Positions 62,929-64,000 of a DNA stretch of 64,000 nucleotides are shown piece after piece. The position numbers and the translations under genes were made by a program. Origin of the DNA: Turneriella sp. (GTDB lineage: Bacteria > Spirochaetota > Leptospiria > Turneriellales > Turneriellaceae). The notes under the pieces are model-generated. The model was not told the DNA's origin and made no database searches. It saw only the letters and a list, made by a program, of their open reading frames with translations. Location of the stretch: the NCBI GenBank assembly GCA_965279515.1, contig CBDIID010000003.1, positions 3,712,001-3,776,000 on the forward strand, read 5' to 3'. How positions within the stretch are numbered: the first letter of the stretch is position 1; each line of letters starts with the position of its first letter.

Positions 62929-63184
62929 GTTTTTGGCAATTTCAGCCAACGTGGAATTTACACGAGGTCGATGGTGCGATGCACAATAAAGGCGGGCTTA
63001 TGTAGAAAGCCGCGTATTAAGCACCATCGATCTGCCGCAGACCGCTCGTTGCGCCTGACCAAACAAACGTCCCGTTTGTCAGGCGTCAACGATCTTTGCG
63101 GTCGGAGGCCGAGCACGCGAGGAGCCACGGCACCGCAGCGAGCGCAGCGTGTAAATTTTGTTGGCTGAAGTGACGGGTCGTGGC

Positions 63185-63802
63185 CTATTTGTGAACTTTC
63201 TTCTTAACAACAAACCCTCTGTCATCAAGAAATAGGGTGGCCATTTTGTCTTTGTAGGCAAAAAGAATGGCATTAGTTGAACGGTTGATGGTCGCCATTT
63301 TGTTCACTTCATCGCTCAGGATATGTGTCGGAAATATGACATTACCGCTCGGTTCACCGAGGCTTTTTTTAATTTGATTCAGGTGCGTCTTGCCTTCAAT
63401 GATTTTATCTGTTTCTGAAATGTCAAAATCTGTGGTTGAATCTGAAAAACTTGAAAAGAACAGAAAGCCGGTGACAAAGTTACCCACAAACTCAACCCGA
63501 AGTGACTTGAAGCCGCTGCCTGGCTTTTCATTGTCTTTGTAGAGCCATTCAAAAACATCATGCCTTATGCCATTGTAAGTACCCTGAACCTTCAACGTCG
63601 GTTCACCAAACCTGGAAATGGTTTCATTTAGTGTCGTTACGCCAATCTTGAGTTCGCGCCAATTGTCATGTTTAAAATTACGTGCGGTAGTCGCGCATGA
63701 GAAAATAGACAATGCTGAGATGGTAAGAATGATTGCCATCAAAGGAGAGCTAAAATGATTCAATTTGTGTCGCATAATCATTACAAATGCCTTTCCCGTC
63801 AT
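63185..63802 (-). CDS. SmpA/OmlA(BamE)-like repeat lipoprotein
   Basis: Lipobox IFSC and two G.T....I...GEP repeats. Confidence 0.65.
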   Translation of the reverse strand: MTGKAFVMIMRHKLNHFSSPLMAIILTISALSIFSCATTARNFKHDNWRELKIGVTTLNETISRFGEPTLKVQGTYNGIRHDVFEWLYKDNEKPGSGFKSLRVEFVGNFVTGFLFFSSFSDSTTDFDISETDKIIEGKTHLNQIKKSLGEPSGNVIFPTHILSDEVNKMATINRSTNAILFAYKDKMATLFLDDRGFVVKKKVHK

Positions 63803-64000
63803 TTCAGCCAACGTGGAATTTACCTGAGGTCGATAGTGCATCGCACAATAAATACAGTCTTCATTCGGAAGCCGCGGCTTGATGCACTATCGATCTGCCG
63901 TAGGTCGCCTCGTTGCGCCCGACCAAACAAACGTCCCGTTTGTCGGGCGTCAACGACTCTTAGGCGACCGGAGGCCGAGGACGCGAGCCAACGAAGTGCT

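Larger units (their letters stand above)
22382..63162 (-). repeat. 37 long attC-like sites, plus a partial one at 63810-64000 and a remnant at 26673-26719
   Basis: AAC..GTT coordinates: 22382-22590, 23323-23533, 23722-23930, 24119-24327, 25993-26206, 26720-26926, 27619-27825, 29854-30063, 31297-31513, 32316-32522, 33166-33377, 34160-34368, 34557-34772, 36601-36762, 38289-38506, 40127-40337, 40527-40734, 41354-41558, 42180-42390, 43090-43300, 44002-44209, 44398-44605, 45467-45681, 46289-46503, 47187-47401, 47996-48204, 48803-49009, 49783-49992, 50746-50931, 52020-52228, 54310-54516, 58475-58683, 59466-59673, 60707-60914, 61103-61311, 62146-62355, 62948-63162. Outer arms covary (TTTTACG/CGTAAAA, AAATACCC/GGGTATTT, ATTTACC/GGTAAAT). 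Confidence 0.88.
22382..64000 (-). mobile_element. Integron-like gene cassette array (superintegron/CALIN-type); integrase not in window
   Basis: About 37 one- or two-gene or gene-less segments separated by related palindromic AAC...GTT repeats. Each segment's two ends are mutually complementary. Cargo is AT-richer and includes TA systems. Confidence 0.88.

Noticed and set aside
22382..63162. The long repeats as independently inserted MITEs
   Set aside because: There are no target duplications. Flanks complement the far end of the neighbouring segment rather than each other, and all copies have the same orientation and are confined to the array.
22407..63273. Recurrent short ORFs such as MTLVSFIQSVKPICVKK..., MARVLGPARQ..., MILATTPRLL...
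   Set aside because: They are translations of the GC-rich attC repeats and the gene-less cassette, lack RBSs and vary in frame between copies.
22382..64000. CRISPR array interpretation of the repeats
   Set aside because: Repeats are ~200 bp and variable, the intervening segments are gene-sized, and there are no cas genes.
22382..64000. Integron integrase or other tyrosine recombinase
   Set aside because: No ORF with R-H-R-H-Y catalytic motifs was seen in the window. The only recombinase-like proteins are DDE transposases.

Overview
The window has two halves. 1-22.3 kb is ordinary chromosome. Gene content and lipoprotein style suggest a spirochete, possibly Leptospiraceae; this is inference only. 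It holds a 5'-truncated PLP-dependent Lys/Arg/Orn decarboxylase, a signalling operon (internally deleted CheY-like gene, histidine kinase-like gene, adenylate cyclase), a metal-starvation island (COG0523 GTPase, His-rich lipoprotein, DUF1826, outer-membrane proteins, ZnuABC-like transporter) marked by Fur-family palindromes, then GST and ilvD. From 22.38 kb to the window end lies an integron-like gene-cassette array with 37 complete, 1 edge-truncated and 1 remnant attC-like site. These sites are unusually long (mostly ~185-220 bp AAC-to-GTT), branched and modular. Each cassette has its own ~17-21 bp terminal inverted repeat with a near-invariant G.T pair. The array reads on the minus strand, and no integrase lies in the window, so one is expected beyond the right edge if present. 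Cargo includes six toxin-antitoxin pairs, a KAP NTPase, HEPN-like proteins, lipoproteins and seven copies of a gene-less cassette. Three IS481-family copies plus one end remnant all sit 15-16 bp from an attC core in the same orientation, which suggests attC targeting.
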